The notes under the pieces are model-generated. The model was given only the letters and a program-made list of their open reading frames with translations. It did no database searches and was not told where the DNA came from. A stretch of DNA of 64,000 nt from Eledone cirrhosa (taxonomy: Eukaryota): the NCBI GenBank assembly GCA_964016885.1, contig OZ024749.1, positions 51,274,001 through 51,338,000 on the forward strand, in the 5' to 3' direction. Numbering within the stretch: the first letter of the stretch is position 1; the number at the start of each line of letters is the position of its first letter. Of the stretch, positions 1 to 64,000 are shown piece after piece. The position numbers were made by a program, and so were the translations under genes.

Positions 1-46
1 CAAAACATAAAAAAGTAATTAAAAAAATTCCTCAAATGATTCCTTA

Positions 47-121
47 GCACTAGCCACATACTGGTGGCTGATGGCTCCCGTACCGGCACCGGTCCGTGGG
101 CCACCACTTTGAATAGCACTG
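47..121. mobile_element. End of a hAT-like MITE
   Basis: Reverse complement cagtgctattcaaagtggtggcccacggaccggt; the other end is not in the window. Confidence 0.4.
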
Positions 122-813
122 ATTTAGAGTATAGTTTTTATTTCATAAATCAACTATGTAAATTACCCTAAAAATGCTACGACTCCCTAGGGAGTAGATA
201 TACAGCATTTTTAGGGCATTTTAAAACCATCTACTCTTCAGAATACAGAAAACTTCTTCCAGAAACAGATAGGGAGTGAGAGAATAGAAGTGAGAAAGAT
301 ATATAGAGGATGAATCGACTCCAGTACAAGACTGGTACTTTTTTTTTATTGACCTCGAATGGATGAAAGGCAAAGTTGACCTCAGTGGGATTTGAACTCA
401 GAGAGTAGTGAGCCAAAACAAATACAGCAAAGCATTTCTGAGAAGAAAAAGTCAGAACAAATGCTGCAAAATATTCTATCTGATATTCTAACAACTCTGC
501 TAATTTGCTGCCTATACACATCATATGACAAAATAATAACTGTTTCTACCTTTGGCACAAGGCCAGCAATTACCCCCAATACATTACTGGTACTTTATTT
601 TATCGACCCTGTAAGGATTAAAGGCAAAGTTAACCTCAGCAGGATTTCAACTTAGATTGTAAAGGGCCGTAACTCTATGTTGCAAAGCATGGTGTCTGAC
701 GCTCTACCAATACTGCCAGGACTCTCTTACACTTGAATATTTTCAGATTCCTAACAGAAATATTATAGTATATTTTCTGGAAATTAATGAAAGAACTAAT
801 AAAAATTCTTTAC

Positions 814-63001
<62,188 letters not shown>

Positions 63002-63152
63002 CTGAAAGTAAAAATCAAAAGCAAATGAATATTAAGAACATTAAAATTTTAATTATTTTTCAAATTTCATGGTGCTTATAACGAAATAATGTAATGAATG
63101 TATTTGTTTTGCAAGGTTTTTTTTATATGAAATCGTGTGTTGAAACATAATA

Positions 63153-63559
63153 TATAATCTTATTTTAATCCTATTTGGGGAGGGTCAGTTGTCCTATTAT
63201 TCCCCAAAAATAATAATAAAACACACTCAGTTTAGTTTGGTTTTCACTTCAGTTATTTTTCTATTTTTATAAATAATTTAACTAGCAATCAATGTTTATC
63301 ATTATCTTTCATCACACATTTTTCTGTGACATCACAGAAAAATGTGTGGTGAAAGAATTTTGAGAAATTATATTTATATTTATATTTCTAACTGCTGCTC
63401 AATCAATGATAAACATTGATTGCCAGCTAAATTATTTATAGAAATATAAAAATATACTGTAGAAAAAAACCAAACCAAACAGTGAGTGTGTTTTATTATT
63501 ATTTTTGGCAATACTAGGACAAGATGACCCTCCCCAAATAGGATTAAAATAAGATTATA
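63153..63559. mobile_element. Diverged palindrome of the same family as 32344-32941
   Basis: Arms about 63153-63303 and 63405-63559 share atttggggagggtca...acacactca..tttggtttt with the 32-kb palindrome; internal hairpin at 63304-63358. Confidence 0.6.
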
Positions 63560-63725
63560 ATAAAAACATAATAAATAGTTGCAATGGAATAAAATATTAC
63601 TCACATAACATATTAAAGAAAATGGGGATTTGAGAAAAAAAGAAAGAAAAGAAATTGAGAAAAGATATATGTATATAATAAACCCTATTGTAGTACAGCC
63701 GACCATGTTATTCTTCATTCATTTA

Positions 63726-63788
<63 letters not shown>

Positions 63789-64000
63789 AAGATATTTTGT
63801 GTGTACATGGAATGGATCATTGTTATATATGCCATCCTGATACTGTTATTATGGCCCTAAGATATATTCATTGATAAGAACTTACATACATCAGAGAAGA
63901 AAGCTGTATTTATTACTCATGTGTAAATCCTGTTTCACAAATGTAAAACCCACAACTAAATAATTATCATGTTTCTGTCATTAGAAACTAAGACTACAAT

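Noticed and set aside
231-655. ORFs with NPAEVNFAFHP / RMKGKV motifs recurring through the window
   Set aside because: Translations of SINE family A, not a protein family.

Overview
AT-rich, microsatellite- and SINE-dense eukaryotic DNA. The SINE families and the (TA)n/(CA)n load resemble Octopus (coleoid cephalopod) sequence; this assignment is an inference. The only gene I can support is a type IV collagen on the minus strand: 19 phase-consistent Gly-X-Y exons (2194 nt, about 731 codons) from 63001 down to 814. They include the 7S-domain PGCNGTKG motif, a CxxC interruption and an RGD. The start codon and NC1 domain lie outside the window. The gene has one GC-AG intron and a 44.6-kb intron (18282-62938). 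The most unusual content sits in that intron: palindromic or inverted insertions, mostly in (TA)n tracts, carrying minimal hammerhead ribozyme cores (complete, variant and half). This is the signature of Penelope-like retroelement termini. Also present are two non-autonomous Helitrons, TTAA and hAT-type MITEs (one nested foldback with tRNA-like arms), CRE and RTE LINE 3' fragments, many tRNA-derived SINEs and several minisatellites. Most ORFs in the supplied track are microsatellite or SINE artefacts.
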